Of a stretch of 64,000 nucleotides of DNA, positions 46,923 to 59,600 are shown one piece after another. The notes beneath the pieces are model-generated. The model saw only the letters and a program-made list of their open reading frames with translations. It did no database searches and was not told the origin of the DNA. This DNA is from the human T2T-CHM13v2.0 reference genome, Homo sapiens: contig CP068257.2 of the NCBI GenBank assembly GCA_009914755.4, forward strand, positions 11,968,001-12,032,000, in the 5' to 3' direction. Within the stretch, counting starts at the first letter, position 1. The number at the start of each line of letters is the position of its first letter. Made by a program: the position numbers and the translations under genes.

Positions 46923-47239
46923 CTATACTGTGTAATTATTGACAGCATAATTCACTATTATGTGGATCAGAGAGCAGAGGATTCTGAATGCATGAACATA
47001 TCTTTAACATTTCAATACATTACTCATAATTACTAATGAACTAAAGAGAAACCAAGAAATTATGGTGGTAGTTATATTGACCTGGAGAAATGTAGACACA
47101 AAAGAATGGTAAGATGAGAAATGTGTTAACACAGGCTATAAGGGCATGCAAGAATAAAAATAGGGGAGAAAACAGGAGAGTTTTTCAAGAGCTTTCTGGT
47201 CATGTAAGTCAATTTGTATCAGTTAATTTTTAAAAGGTT

Positions 47240-47720
47240 TATTTACATGCAATAAACTGCACATACTTCAATTGTACATTTTGATAATTCTTGGCATTTG
47301 TAGCTCTACAAAACCAACAACATATTAAAATAGCAAACATATCCATTACCTTTACCACCAAAGTTTCCTTGTGCTTTTTCTACTCACTTTTTCCTGCCTA
47401 TCCCCATTCCATCCACAGGCAACCACTGATCCACTTCCAGTCACTATCCATGAGTTTTTATTTCCAAATACATAAAATCATAGGGTATGTATACTTTCTG
47501 ATCACTCAGCATCACTATTTTTGAGATTTATTCATGTTGCTACATCTATCAATTGTTCTGTTCTTACTAGGGAGTATTATTTCATTATATACAGATACCA
47601 TAGTAAGTTTATAAATCACAAATTCACCTGTCCATGGATATTTGAACTGTTTTCAGGTTTTGGCTGTTGCAAGTAAAGCTGCTATGAAGATTCATGTAAA
47701 ATCCTTTGAATGGTCATATG
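47240..47720 (-). mobile_element. Ancient L1-derived 3' region fragment (low confidence)
   Basis: Motifs gcaaccactgatc...catgagtttttatttcc...gggtatgtatactttctgatcactcagcatcactattt...ggctgttgcaagtaaagctgctatgaagattcatgtaaa resemble reverse-complement L1M/L1MA 3' ends. Confidence 0.4.
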
Positions 47721-49789
47721 CTCTTAGGTTTTCATCTCTACCGGAAGTGGAATAGATAGCTATATGGCTATCATGTCTGTAATATGCAAACACAAAGCCT
47801 GACAAAACTGATTTCTAAAGTGGAAATTCCACTGAAGAACCTTGACTCCAACCTGGCTTTTGAGATTATCTCCTATGTCTGGTGCAATGATTGGTCCTGG
47901 GGTAGCCACATGACCCAAGGGGGACCATGTTTAAACTTCTGAGTTTTCACTGAGATTAACATGCATTTGTTGAAAGAGAAACCCCTTTTCCCCTACTCCC
48001 CCAGCTGCAAATGCTTTCAGGGATTACATCATGTTGGAACATTTGGTTACAGTGTTTCCTAAACTTTGAGGGTAAAAATTGTTCAAGTAGGTAAAAATGG
48101 AGCACATACAAAGAAAAAAGGAGTCCAGAAATATCAAATAAAGAAAGGGCCTCCATAAAATCATTTGAACTTATGATTAATTCATTAGTCATTAAAATAA
48201 GTTTAGTGTACAAAGAATCATCCCCCCAACCACCCTTTATTCCTTCACCAGGTTTAAGTTACATTTTTTAACTTGCAAACAAAAGATTTGTCATTAACTT
48301 AGACATCAAAATCCCTTGTCTCCAAGAGCAATCATTCAACTCTGTCCCTCTCATTATTACAATAATATGTTCACTTTATTCTGCATACACCTGCTCTTTG
48401 CCCTTGTCTCCCTATTCTATTCTGTTAAACTTATATCCAGACATTTATTTCATTTTATATCAAAGAAACTGTATACATGTTTTTAATCTTAGAAAAATTT
48501 CTGAGTAATCTTTTGTCTCATATTCGATTTTAAGCCACCCAAGAAGCATTATTTTTTCATTTAGCATTTTAACTTTTCTAACCCAGGACTTTTATAGTAG
48601 ATATTATGTCTTTTTCTAAATGTCCTGCTTCAATTTACATTTTAAATCTAATTTTTAAAAAGTGTATGTTTTGAATATTAGCATCATGCATCTCAGGCCT
48701 AAATATCCCTTGATAACAAATATTGTCTTTTTTTCTCTACGTTTTTCACATATTTCAATAGGGAGATATATTGCCTGCAACAATAAAAGTTTTTGTCAAT
48801 ATAACATAACACATAGGCAAAATATTGTTTCCAAGTGATTGATGATGTGGTGCCTTCAGTCTAGTCCCAACCCCTCAATGTAATCATCCCTAAATCTAAT
48901 GAAATATGAAATAAATATTTCATTTTGTTTCTAAAATTCAGCAGAAAAATATATAGCCTGTCACATATAGCCTGTAACACCAACATATAAAAATTAAAGC
49001 AGTTCCTTCTCCACTCCCACTGCTTCACTTGACTAGCCTTAAAAAATAATAATAATAAAAAATAAAAGCAAAATTGTTCCTTTACTTATCTTTGAAATCT
49101 AATGGGTATACTATCAGAAAAGCTCTTATATATATGGAGGGCCTCTATAAAATATAGACTCTTAACTAGAAAAGTAGACTTATATGATAGTTAAATTTAA
49201 AACACAATTGTATATGGTACCTTCCCAAATGCACCAGTACTTATTTCAGAATGCATGATGTAATTGACTAAACCATTTAGGGCTAGACCTCTGAAATAAA
49301 AGGCATTCACACTTTGTGATTCCTGGGGAAAATATTATTCAAAATAGAAACATGCAGAACCTTTACCTGATCGTGATAAAAAAATGTTCCTACTTGTTAA
49401 TATGCCACAGCTTTTACAAGGTCAGCAAAAAGAGATTATCCCATAATATAAGCTGATGGCCGAAATTATCTGCCTTACTTTAGTTACTATAATATCTATT
49501 AAGTGTAAATTTCTTTTGAAAGAAAACAGATACATTTTTCTCAGAAATGTCTTTAGATGAAGATCTAGCACATCTGTGTTTCTCACTTTTTAAAATGTTG
49601 ATTTTATTGATAAATAAATATATATAGGGTACAATGTGGTACGATACAAGTAAATATTGTGAAATGGACAAATTAGGCTAAAAAACATATCCTTCACCTC
49701 AGATATTTATTACATTATGGTGAAACATTTAAAATGTACTATTTTAGCACTTTTAAGATATGCACTACATTATAAGTGACTGCAGTCAC

Positions 49790-50180
49790 TTTGCTGTGCA
49801 CCATATCACCAGAATGTCTTTCTCCTAACTGAAGCATTATCCCATTGAATATTTCCCCTTTTTCCACCCCTGCCCCCCACCCTGCTCAGCCTCTGATAAA
49901 CCACCATTCTACTCTTAACTTCTATGAGTGCACAGTTTTGGATTTCACATATAAGTGATATTAAGAGATATTTGTCTTTCTGTGTCTGGCTTATTTTACT
50001 TAGCATAATGTCCTCTAAATCCATCCATGTTTTTGCAAATGACAGAATTTCATTCATTTATAAAGATAAGCCGTATTTTTGTATGCATCCTACATATACT
50101 TTTAACTTTCCACAGCTTTATTGAGATATAATTTATACATTGTGTAATTCACTCATTTAAAGTACAAACTTCAAATTCTT
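49790..50180 (-). mobile_element. Old L1 3'-end fragment
   Basis: cctctgataaaccaccattctactcttaacttctatgagtgcacagttttggatttcacatataagtgatattaagagatatttgtctttctgtgtctggcttattttacttagcataatgtcctctaaatccatccatg. Confidence 0.7.
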
Positions 50181-50249
50181 TTAGTATATTAACTGGATGG
50201 ACAAATAATCATCATAATATAATTTTAGAACATTTTAATTCTCCTTAAA

Positions 50250-52270
50250 AGAGACTTGCACCCATTAGCAATCTTCCCCATTTTCTCCAGCTTTTTTTAA
50301 ACCCCTCCTAGTCTAGGCAACCACTCGTCTACTTTCTGACTATGAATTTGCCTATTCTGGACATTTCACATAAATGGAATCATAATAACACATAGTCACT
50401 TTTTACTCACATCTTTCACTTAACGTATTTTTAATGTTCATCCATTTTGGAGCATGCATTAACAGTTTTTTACCTTTTCTTGCTAAATAAGGTTCTGTTT
50501 TATGGACACACCACATTTTATTTATCCACTCCTCGGCTGATGAACATTTCTGTTGTTTTCTACTTTGTGTTGCTATAAACATTTGTGTACTACTGTTTGT
50601 GTAACATTTGTTTTATTTTCTTTTTGGTAAACACACAGAAGTGGAATTGCTGGGTCATGTGATAACTCTATGTTTAACCATTTGAAGAACTGCCAGACTG
50701 TTTTACATTTTAAAGTCTCACCAGTGGTGTAGAAGGGTTCCAATTTTTCCACATATTTTTATCCATTTTTCAGTTGATAAGCACTTAGGTTGTTTCTAAT
50801 TCATGGGTATTATGAATAATGCTGCAACGAACATGAAATTGCAGATGTCTCTTTTTGACATACGGATTGAAATTCCTTTGGACATATATCCAGAAGTGGG
50901 ATTGATGGATCATAGGGTAAATATACTTATAATTTCTTGAGGAAACTTCATACTGTTTTCCAAGATGGCTGTACTAATTTCCATTCCTACCAACAGTGTA
51001 CAGGGTTTCTTTTTCTCCACATCCTCATCAACACTTATCTTCCGTCTCTTTTTATAATAGCCTTAGTAAAATGTGTGAGGTGATATCTCATTGTGGCTTT
51101 GATTTGCATTTCTCTGATAATTAGAAATGTTTTTGATTTTTTCATGTACCTGTTGGCCTTTTGTATGCCTTAGGAAGTGTCTATTCTGGTTCTTTGCTTA
51201 TTTTTTTAATAAGCATAGTTTTATTCTTATTTTTGAGTAGGTTGAGTTACTTATATATTATTATATGAGCCCTTTATCTGATGTATGGTTTAAAAATGTT
51301 ATCCCATTTGTGGGTTCTCTTCATTCTATTATCGCTTCTTTTCCTGTGGAAAAGCTTTTTAGTTTTATGCAATCTCATTCGTGTGTTTTTGCTTTTGTTG
51401 CCTGTGCTTTTGGAATAATCTACAGAAAATCATAGCTCAGGCCAATGTCATACAGTCTTCTTCTATATTTCCTTGTAGTAGTTTTACATTTAAGTCTTTA
51501 ATTTTGATTTGATACTTGTATAAAGAGCAAAAGGAAAGTCAAATTTTATTCTTCTGTATGTGGATATTCAGTTTTTTCTACACCATTTATTGAAAATAAT
51601 TTTCTTTCTTCATTGTGTATTTTTAGTCATTTTATCAAAAAATCAATTGACCACAGACACACGGACTTATTTACGGGTTCTATATCCCTTTGCACTGTTC
51701 TACCTGTCTGTTTTTATGCCACTGCTATGTTGTTTTAATTACTATGGCTTTGTAATATAGTTTGGAATTGGGTAGTCTGATACCTCCAGCTTTGTTCTTT
51801 TTGTTCAAGATTGCTTTGGTTAGTCGGGGTCTTTTGTGGTTCCATACAAATTTTAGCAGTAATTTTTCTATTTCGGGGAATTTGATAGTGGTTGCATTTA
51901 ATCTGTAGATTGCTTTGGGTAGCATTGACACTTTTACAATACTAATTTTTGAATCCATCAATAAAGGATGTTTCTCCATTTATTTATGCCATTTTAATTT
52001 TTTTCATCAATGTGCTATAGTTTTCAGTGTGCAAATCTTTCACATTCTTGATTAAATTTACTCCTAAGTCTTTTATATATTTTTATATCTGTTTTGATTC
52101 TATTATAAATTGAATTGCCTTATTACTTTATTTTTCAGGTAATAGTTTGTCATTAGTGTATAGAAACAATAATGCTAGCTGTATGTTGATTTTGTAACTA
52201 TTAACTTTATTGAATTTCTTTATCAGCTTTAACCATTTATTTTGGTGGAGTCTTTAAGATTTTCTCTATC
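50250..52270 (-). mobile_element. Old L1 (L1M/L1MA-like) 3' portion, about 2 kb
   Basis: Repeats the same 3'-end motif (ggcaaccactcgtctactttctgactatgaatttgcctattctggacatttcacataaatggaatcat...) followed by reverse-complement ORF2 sequence (...gtgatatctcattgtggctttgatttgcatttctctgataattag...). The ORF track gives [35 protein letters not shown] on the minus strand. Confidence 0.8.
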
Positions 52271-52274
52271 TTGA

Positions 52275-55200
52275 GTGCGCGAGGCGCGGGGAGCCTAGGA
52301 CCTGGAGCGAGAGCCGCCTACCTGCAGCCGCCGCCCACGGCACGGCAGCCATCATGGCGTTCCTGCTGCGCTTCGTGCTCCTGTGCGGAGTCGCGGATTT
52401 CACCAGAAGTTTGAGTATCACTACTCCTGAGCAGATGATTGAAAAAGCCAAAGGGGAAACTACCTATCTGCCATGCAAATTATGCTTAGTCCTGAAGACC
52501 AGGGACCACTGGACATTGAGTGGCTGATATCACCAGCTGATAATCAGAAGATGGATCAAGTGATGATTTTATATTCTGGAAACAAAATTTATGATGATTA
52601 CTATCCAGAACTGAAAGGCCGAGTACATTTTAAGAGAAATGATCTCAAATCTGGTGATGCTTCAATAAATGTAACGAATTTACAGCTGTCAGATATTGGC
52701 ACAGATCAGTGCAAAGTGAAAAAAGCTCCTGGTGTTGCAAATAAGATTCAGCTGGTAGTTCTTGTTAAGCCTTCAGGTACAAGATGTTATGTTGATGGAT
52801 CAGAAGAAATTGGAAGTGACTTTAAACTAAAATGTGAACCAAAAGAAGGTTCACTTCCATTACAGTATGAGTGGCAAAAATTGTCTGACTCACAGAAAAT
52901 GCCCACTTCATGGTTAGCAGAAATGACTTCATCTGTTATATCTGTAAAAAAAATGCTTCTTCTGAGTACTCTGGGACATACAGCTGTACATCAGAAACGG
53001 AGTGGGCTCTGATCAGTGCCTGTTGCGTGTAAACGTTGTCCCTCCTTCAAATAAAGCTGGACTAATTGCAGGAGCCATTATAGGAACTTTGCTTGCTCTA
53101 GTGCTCATTGGTCTTATCATCTTTTGCTGTCGTAAAAAGCGCAGAGAAGAAAAATACGAAAAGTAAGTTCATCACGATATCAGGGAAGATGTGCCGCCTC
53201 CAAAGAGCCGTACATCCGCTGCCAGAAGCTGCATAGGCAGTAATCATTCATCCCTGGGATCCATGTCTCCTTCCAACATGGAAGGATATTCCAAGACTCA
53301 GTATAAACAAGTACCGAGGGAAGACTTTGAACGCACTCCTCAGAGTCCGACTCTCCCACCTGCTAAGGTAGCTGCCCCTAATCTAAGTCGAATGGGCGTG
53401 ATTCCTGTGATGATTCCCGCACAGAGCAAGGATGGGTCTATAGTATAGAGCCTCCATACGTCTCATCTGTGCTCTCCGTGTTCCTTTCCTTTTTTGATAT
53501 ATGAAAACCTATTCTGGTCTAAATTTTGTTACTAGCCTCAAAATGTATCCAAAAATAAGTTAATCAGGAGCTGTAAGGAATATATTTTTTTAAATTTTTC
53601 TTTGGTTATATCGAAATAGTTACAGGCATTAAAGTTAGTAAAGACAAGTTTACCATCTGAAAAAGCTGGATTTTCTTTAAGAGGTTGATTATAAAGGTTT
53701 CTAAATTTATCAGTACCTAAGTAAGATGTAGCACTTTGAATATGAAATCATAAGTGAAGACATTGGTGAACTTACTTGCATACCAAGTTGATACTTGAGT
53801 AACCATCTGAAAGTGGTACTTGATAATTTTTACCGTTATTTTTAGGATGTGTATCTCATTTATTTATGGCCCACTAGTCTCCCCCAAATTAGTACAGAAA
53901 CATCCATGACAAAATTACACATGTGTGTTTGTACTTGTTTTCACAGCTCCTTGGAAAACTCTGTGTTAGGAATATCTCTAAAAACATAGAAAACTCTACA
54001 GTGGTTTAGAAATTACTAATTTTACTTCTAAGTCATTCATAAACCTTGTCTATGAAATGATTTCTTAAATATTTAGTTGATAGACTGCTACAGGTAATAG
54101 GGACTTAGCAAGCTCTTTTATATGCTAAAGGAGCATCTATCAGATTAAGTTAGAACATTTGCTGTCAGCCACATATTGAGATGACACTAGGTGCAATAGC
54201 AGGGATAGATTTTGTTGGTGAGTGGTCTCATGCCTTGAGATCTGTGGTGGTCTTTAAAATGGTGGCCAGCCAGATCAAGGATGTAGTATCTCATAGTTCT
54301 GGACTAAATACTGGCTTTCCACTTTAGGTGATATTTTTCTTATTAGAAAAATATTATAACTCATTTATTGTTTGACAGTTATAGATTGAAATTTCCTAAT
54401 TCTAAATTTTAAGTGGTTCTTCAGTTTCAGTGCTTTATGTTGTTTGTTGTTGGTTTGGCATGGCATTACATATTATATGTTCTAGAAACATGTAATCCTA
54501 AATTTACCCTCTTGAATATGATCCCTAGATGATATTTTTATCATAAATGCAGAATAATCAAATATATTTTAAGCAAGTAAGTGTCCTCCATCAATTCTGT
54601 ATTCCAGACGTGGGAGGATGTACAGTTGCTGTTGTGTGATCAAGCATGTCTCTGTGTAGTTCCAGCAAATCAAGCTGAGCTTTGAAAAAGTTTGAGTCTT
54701 AGTTTTGTGAAAGTGGTTTATTCTCAAAAAAAAAAAAAAGAAAAAGAAAAAGAAAAAAGATAAGAAGAAGGAGTAAAGGGACTACTCCTCCTTGCCAAAT
54801 GTGCTAAATATCATTTTAGGAGAAGAAAGTGGATTTATTGTATTTCCCTTAAGATTGTGAGGGAGTGTGGATACAGTAGAACGAGCCAACAGTTTCTTTA
54901 TAATAAATACGGTCTGCAATAAATTATTTCACTAGCTGTAAAACCTTTCCCTAGATTTTAGTAGGGAGTTGGTTTCTGTTAATATCTTTGGTGCTGTGGT
55001 GGTAAATGCTACATTATAAACAGTGGCATGTATTTACAGTTAGAGTATTGTGTGTACACTTTTTAATGGTAAACTTAAGCTGAATGTGTAATGGATTTGT
55101 CTATAGTTTTACATATTTGGAAGCATTTTAAAATAGGTTTTAATCTTACATAAAATTACTTTTATACTTGTGTTAACATTTTCTTCTGTGCCTTTTGGGT

Positions 55201-55550
55201 AATTTAATTTCTGTTATGAATTTCTGGTGCCTATGAGCTAGCTATCACCTACCTGAAAGGTGCTTAGAGGTGAAGGTACTGTTTCTAAAAACACATCACT
55301 GTGACACCTTTCTATCCTCACATTTTCAAGCTTGCCTCTTTTCTGTTCTTTGTGGATATAACGTAAGTGATTGTGTTATTCATAAAGATTTAGAAATTTC
55401 AATATTCCCAACACTCTGACTATGTTTCTGATTTTATAATAGTAGCCATTTTTGAATGTCAGATGTTTGGCCTGTTTTATATGAATAAAGTTTATTTATA
55501 AAATATTATAAAAATAAGTAAACAGAACATTAATAATAAAAAAAGATTTT
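52275..55550 (+). pseudogene. CXADRP: Processed (intronless) CXADR pseudogene: 5' UTR, frameshifted CDS homologue at 52354-53448, and AT-rich 3' UTR (3' end approximate)
   Basis: Contiguous, intronless match to [47 protein letters not shown][frameshift][48 protein letters not shown]...[38 protein letters not shown]... and ...[84 protein letters not shown] are about 90% identical to CXADR (recalled sequence), with several frameshifts. AATAAA lies near 55485 and an internal A-run at 54727-54770. Confidence 0.85.
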
Positions 55551-55769
55551 CTGTATCTTAAGATTATATTTTCAGAAAACAGAAACAATCTTACCTCTTC
55601 CTTCCCTATATGGATTTCTTTTATTTCTTTGTCTTGTGTAATTGATCTGGCTAGGCAATTACACATAATGTTTTCAGCATTTGTAATTTTACATCAAATC
55701 CATCCATTGTAACACATTGATTGCTACTTTTCAACTTGTAAACCTGGACATTTGTCACTACTCTTCCTC

Positions 55770-58250
55770 CAGTACAGGAGTCCATGGCGCGGTGTGGGCC
55801 CTGCTGTGCCACAGTCCAGGGCACGGCTGGGCGCAGGTTCTCTCCTGCAAGAGTCCGCGGCTCTGCAGAGCAAGAGTTCTCCAGTGCCTTAGTCCAGGGT
55901 GAGGCAGGGGTGAGGCTCCTTCAGTAGCTCAGTCCAGGACGCAGCCCTGCGAGGGTCCTCCTGTGCAGGAGTACACGATGCTGCGGGGTCCTACTGTGCC
56001 TTAGTCCAGGACGCCAGGGGGCTGGGTCCTCTGCTGCCATAGTCCAGGGCGCGAGGGGCTGGGTCCTCTGGTGCCATAGTCCATGACGCAGGGAGGCTGG
56101 GTCCTCTGGTGCCATAGTCCAGGATGCGAGGGGCTGGGTCCTCTGCTGCCATAGTCCAGGGCCCGAGGGGGCTGGGTCCTCTGGTGCCTTAGTCCATGAC
56201 GCAGGGAGGCTGGGTCCTCTGCTGCCATAGTCCAGGATGCGAGGGGCTGGGTCCTCTGCTGCCATAGTCCAGGGCGCGAGGGGCTGGGTCCTCTGGTGCC
56301 ATAGTCCATGACGCAGGGAGGCTGGGTCCTCTGGTGCCATAGTCCAGGATGCGAGGGGCTGGGTCCTCTGGCGCCATAGTCCAAGACGCCAGGGGGCTGG
56401 GTCCTCTGGTGCCTTAGTCCCGGTCGCGGGGAGCTGGGTCCTCTGGTGCCATAGTCCAGGGTGCGGTGGAACAGGAGTCCTGCGGAGCAGTAGTCCAGGG
56501 CGCGCTGGGGCGTGGATCCTCAGGTGCCACAGTCCAGAGCGCGACAGGGCGGGATTCCTGCCTTGCTATATCCAAGGTGCAGCGGGGCGGGGGTTCTCTT
56601 GTTCAGGAGTCCAGGACGTGGCAGAGCCGGAGTCCTCCGTGTAGGAGTCCTCCGGTGCTGGAGTCCAGAGCACAGTGAGGCTGGGTCCTCCCGTGCCATA
56701 GTGTAGGGCATGGCGGGACAGGGATCCTGCCCTGCGATAGTCCAGTGCTTGAGTCCGCAGTAAGGCAATGGTCCTCCAATGCTGGAGTTCACGGCGTTGT
56801 GGGGTCGGGGTCCTTTGGTGACTTAGTCCAGGGCGTACCAGGGCGGGGGTCCACAGTTGCCATAGTGAGGATCTTGGAGGAAGGTGGTTCCTGCCTTGCT
56901 GTAGTCCGGGGAGCAGGGGGCAGGGGTCCTCTCTTGTCAGAGTCTCTGGCGCGGGGTGGGGGTGGAGGTGGGGGTTTTCCTATGCGATAGCCCACGGGTC
57001 GGTGAAGCCGGGTCCTCCCGTGCCTTTGTCCAGGGCGCAGGGGGGCGAGGGTCTTCGGTGGTGGAGTCCGCGGAGCGGCAGGACGGGGGTCCTCCAGTGC
57101 CATATTCCAGGGCGCGGCGGAGTGGGGGACCTGTCCTGCAGTGGTCCAGGGCATGTGGGAGTGGTGGTCCTGCTGTGCCTCAGTCCAGTGCGCGGTGGGA
57201 CGGCGGTCCTGCTGTGCTGTAGTGCAGGACGCGGTGGCGCAGGGGTAGTCCAGAGAGCGCCGTGGCAGGGGGTCCTCCAGTGCTGGAATCCAGTGCAAGG
57301 CGGGTCAGGGGTCTTACCGTGCCGAAGTCGGTGGCAAGGGTCCTCCCGTGCCATAGTCTAGGGGGCGACGGGGCAGGTTTCTCTAGTGCAGGTGTCCAGG
57401 GTGTGGCAGGGCAGGAGTCCTCTTGTGCAGGAGTCCAGGACGTAGCCGAGGAGTCCTCCAATGTCAGAGTCCAGGGCTCTGCGGGGCCGGGTTCCCCCAT
57501 GCCAGAGTGTAGGGCGCGTTCAGGTGAGGGTCTTGGCGTGCAGTAATCCAGGGTGCGGTGGGGCAGGGGTAGTCCAGACCTCCATGGCGGGCGTCCCTCT
57601 GTGCAGGAGCCCAGTGCCTGGCGGATCGGGGGTCCTTCTGTGCTGTAGTCCAGGGCACCGCAAGGTGTGGGTCCTCTGGTGCCCTAGTCCAGGGGGCGGC
57701 GAGTCAGAGGTTCTCCCGTGTCTCAGTCTAGGGCCTGGTAGGACTGGGGTCCTGGAGTCCACGTGGTAGCCCAAGTTGCCGCAGGACCAGGTACTCTGGA
57801 ACCACAGTCCAGGGCGCTGAGGGGCAGGAGTAGTTCAGGGCGAGCCGGGGCCCAGGTCCTCGGGAGCCAGAGTCCAGGGTGTGGAGGGGTGGGGGTTCTG
57901 CAGTGGCACAGTCCAGGACACCGCGGGGCGGGACAGGGCGGGGATCCTCCCGTGCCTTAGTCCAGGGCTGAGCCGCGGGAGAGGTCCTTCAGTAGCACAG
58001 TCTAGCGCACGGCGTTGCAGGTGTCCTCCAGTGCCTGAGGCCACGGCAGGTCGCGGGTCCCACTGTGCTCTAGTTCAGGGCGGAGTGGGTCTGAGGTCTT
58101 CTCCTGCCTCAGTCTAGGGCGCTGGAGAGCGGGGATCCTCTGGTACCGGAGTCAATGGATCCACGGGTCCGGGTCCTCCCATGTTTTAGCCCCGGGAGGG
58201 GAGAGGCGGGGGTCTTCCTTTGCCCTAGTCCAAGGCATTGTGAGGCCCCG
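55770..58250. repeat. GC/CpG-rich minisatellite array (~37-40-bp units; homogenised ~114-bp higher-order core at ~56020-56370)
   Basis: Units gggctgggtcctctg(g/c)tgccatagtccagggcgcgag / ...ccatgacgcagggag / ...ccaggatgcgag alternate as an A-B-C higher-order repeat, repeated at least 3 times almost identically. The flanks (55770-56000 and 56460-58250) are degenerate copies. Minus-strand ORFs of 139-169 aa are repeat read-through (MAPEDPA...RTQPLA...). Confidence 0.85.
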
Positions 58251-59449
58251 CTCCTGCATTCTTAACTGTCTGTGCCTCTGCCGCCGCGGGGTAAAACTGC
58301 ACCATCTCAGGCAAGCCTAACAGAGCAGCTGTCCTTAAAAGATTCCCAGTTGAGTGTGGTTCGGAGCAGGCCTGAGAAGTGTGCCCTTAGTTGGCTTCAA
58401 GGGCTCTGGGCAGTGTTTAAGGAATCCAGCTGACCTCAGTTACTCCAAGCCCTTTTCCACTTGTTTTCTTCAGGCCTCCTTTCTTTGTGCCAGCATCAAT
58501 GGGTTTTTGGTTAAAGTTTTCAGCAGCTGCCTGCAGTTCCATTTTTCTTACCAGGTAAGAGACATAGCTTCATGAAAACAAAGGGAGAAGGCTTGTGACC
58601 AGAGAACTCCCAGTCCTCTCCCTGCATAGGAAAACTGGACTTCTCCGGAGGGCTCCAGCTCCTGGGCAAATCTCTAGGGCCACTTAATTGGGCTGTCCCC
58701 CACCTTTGTTTCTGGTTTTGGAGGGGCCAAGGTTGGGAATCCTTTCTAAGTCTCTACACATGGAGCCCTTCTTTGGTGGGATAGTCTTGACATATACCAG
58801 GATTCTCATTGACCTTTCAGAGCCTTCAAGAATCCTGAGCTGCTTTGGCTTCTGTTCCTGGAAGAGACGCAACTGAACTGCTCTGGAGCTGGAGTTCAGG
58901 TTCAAATATTCATCACTGTTACTAAGCCTTTACATAGCATGTGATTTCTTTCCGGCAGGCTCATGGTCACTTAGGTTTGCTTGTATGTAGATGGAGGGTC
59001 TGCATCCTCATTCAGGTAACACCCTCAGCCTTTCATGCTGAGATTAGCCATTTTATTTGTAACTCACTGTACAATCCATTTGCTCTTCCAGTGTCCCTTA
59101 GAAGGATGCAGAGTGTTCTGTAGAATGCCATAGAGACCTGGATTTAGGGAAAATATTTGACCAAAAGTCTGCCAACTCACATGAGTATCTCCCAACAACT
59201 TGTACAGTGCTAGTCTCTGGGTATATAGCAAATGAAACCGTGCCTGAGCAGATGTTACAAACACCCTCCCCTGAGAGACTCCAGGGCTGCTTTATTCAAG
59301 CAAAACGGTGTGCTCTAATAAGCTCAGTGTTGAGAGGAACAAGTTTTCATTCCAGCTTTCTCAAAAACTCCCTTTGTGACTTTAGACATAATAATAATAA
59401 CACTACCTAGGTAGTGAACACCTCTGCCAAGAAATATCATGATCATTAC

Positions 59450-59600
59450 CTGAGTTGTAATTCTCACAGTAGTCCTGCAGGACAGCTGCTGTTACTGCTT
59501 ATTATGCAGATGGGCAACCTGAGGCTCAGATGGAGTTAAGTGGCTTAATTGGTAGCAACAGAGCCAGGATTTGAACCCAGGGCTGCCTGATCACCAAATA
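59450..59600 (+). mobile_element. MIR SINE fragment
   Basis: ...tattatgcagatgggcaacctgaggctcagatggagttaagtggcttaattggtagcaacagagccaggatttgaacccagggctgcctgatcacc matches the MIR core (acagatgaggaaactgaggctcagagaggttaagtaacttgcccaaggtcacacagctagtaagtggcagagccaggatttgaacccag). Confidence 0.65.

Noticed and set aside
55921-57774. Minus-strand ORFs of 84-169 aa (MAPEDPASLRHGLWHQRTQPLAPWT...) in the GC-rich minisatellite
   Set aside because: Pure repeat read-through in GC-rich sequence, where stop codons are rare. Overlapping ORFs on both strands, no homology.
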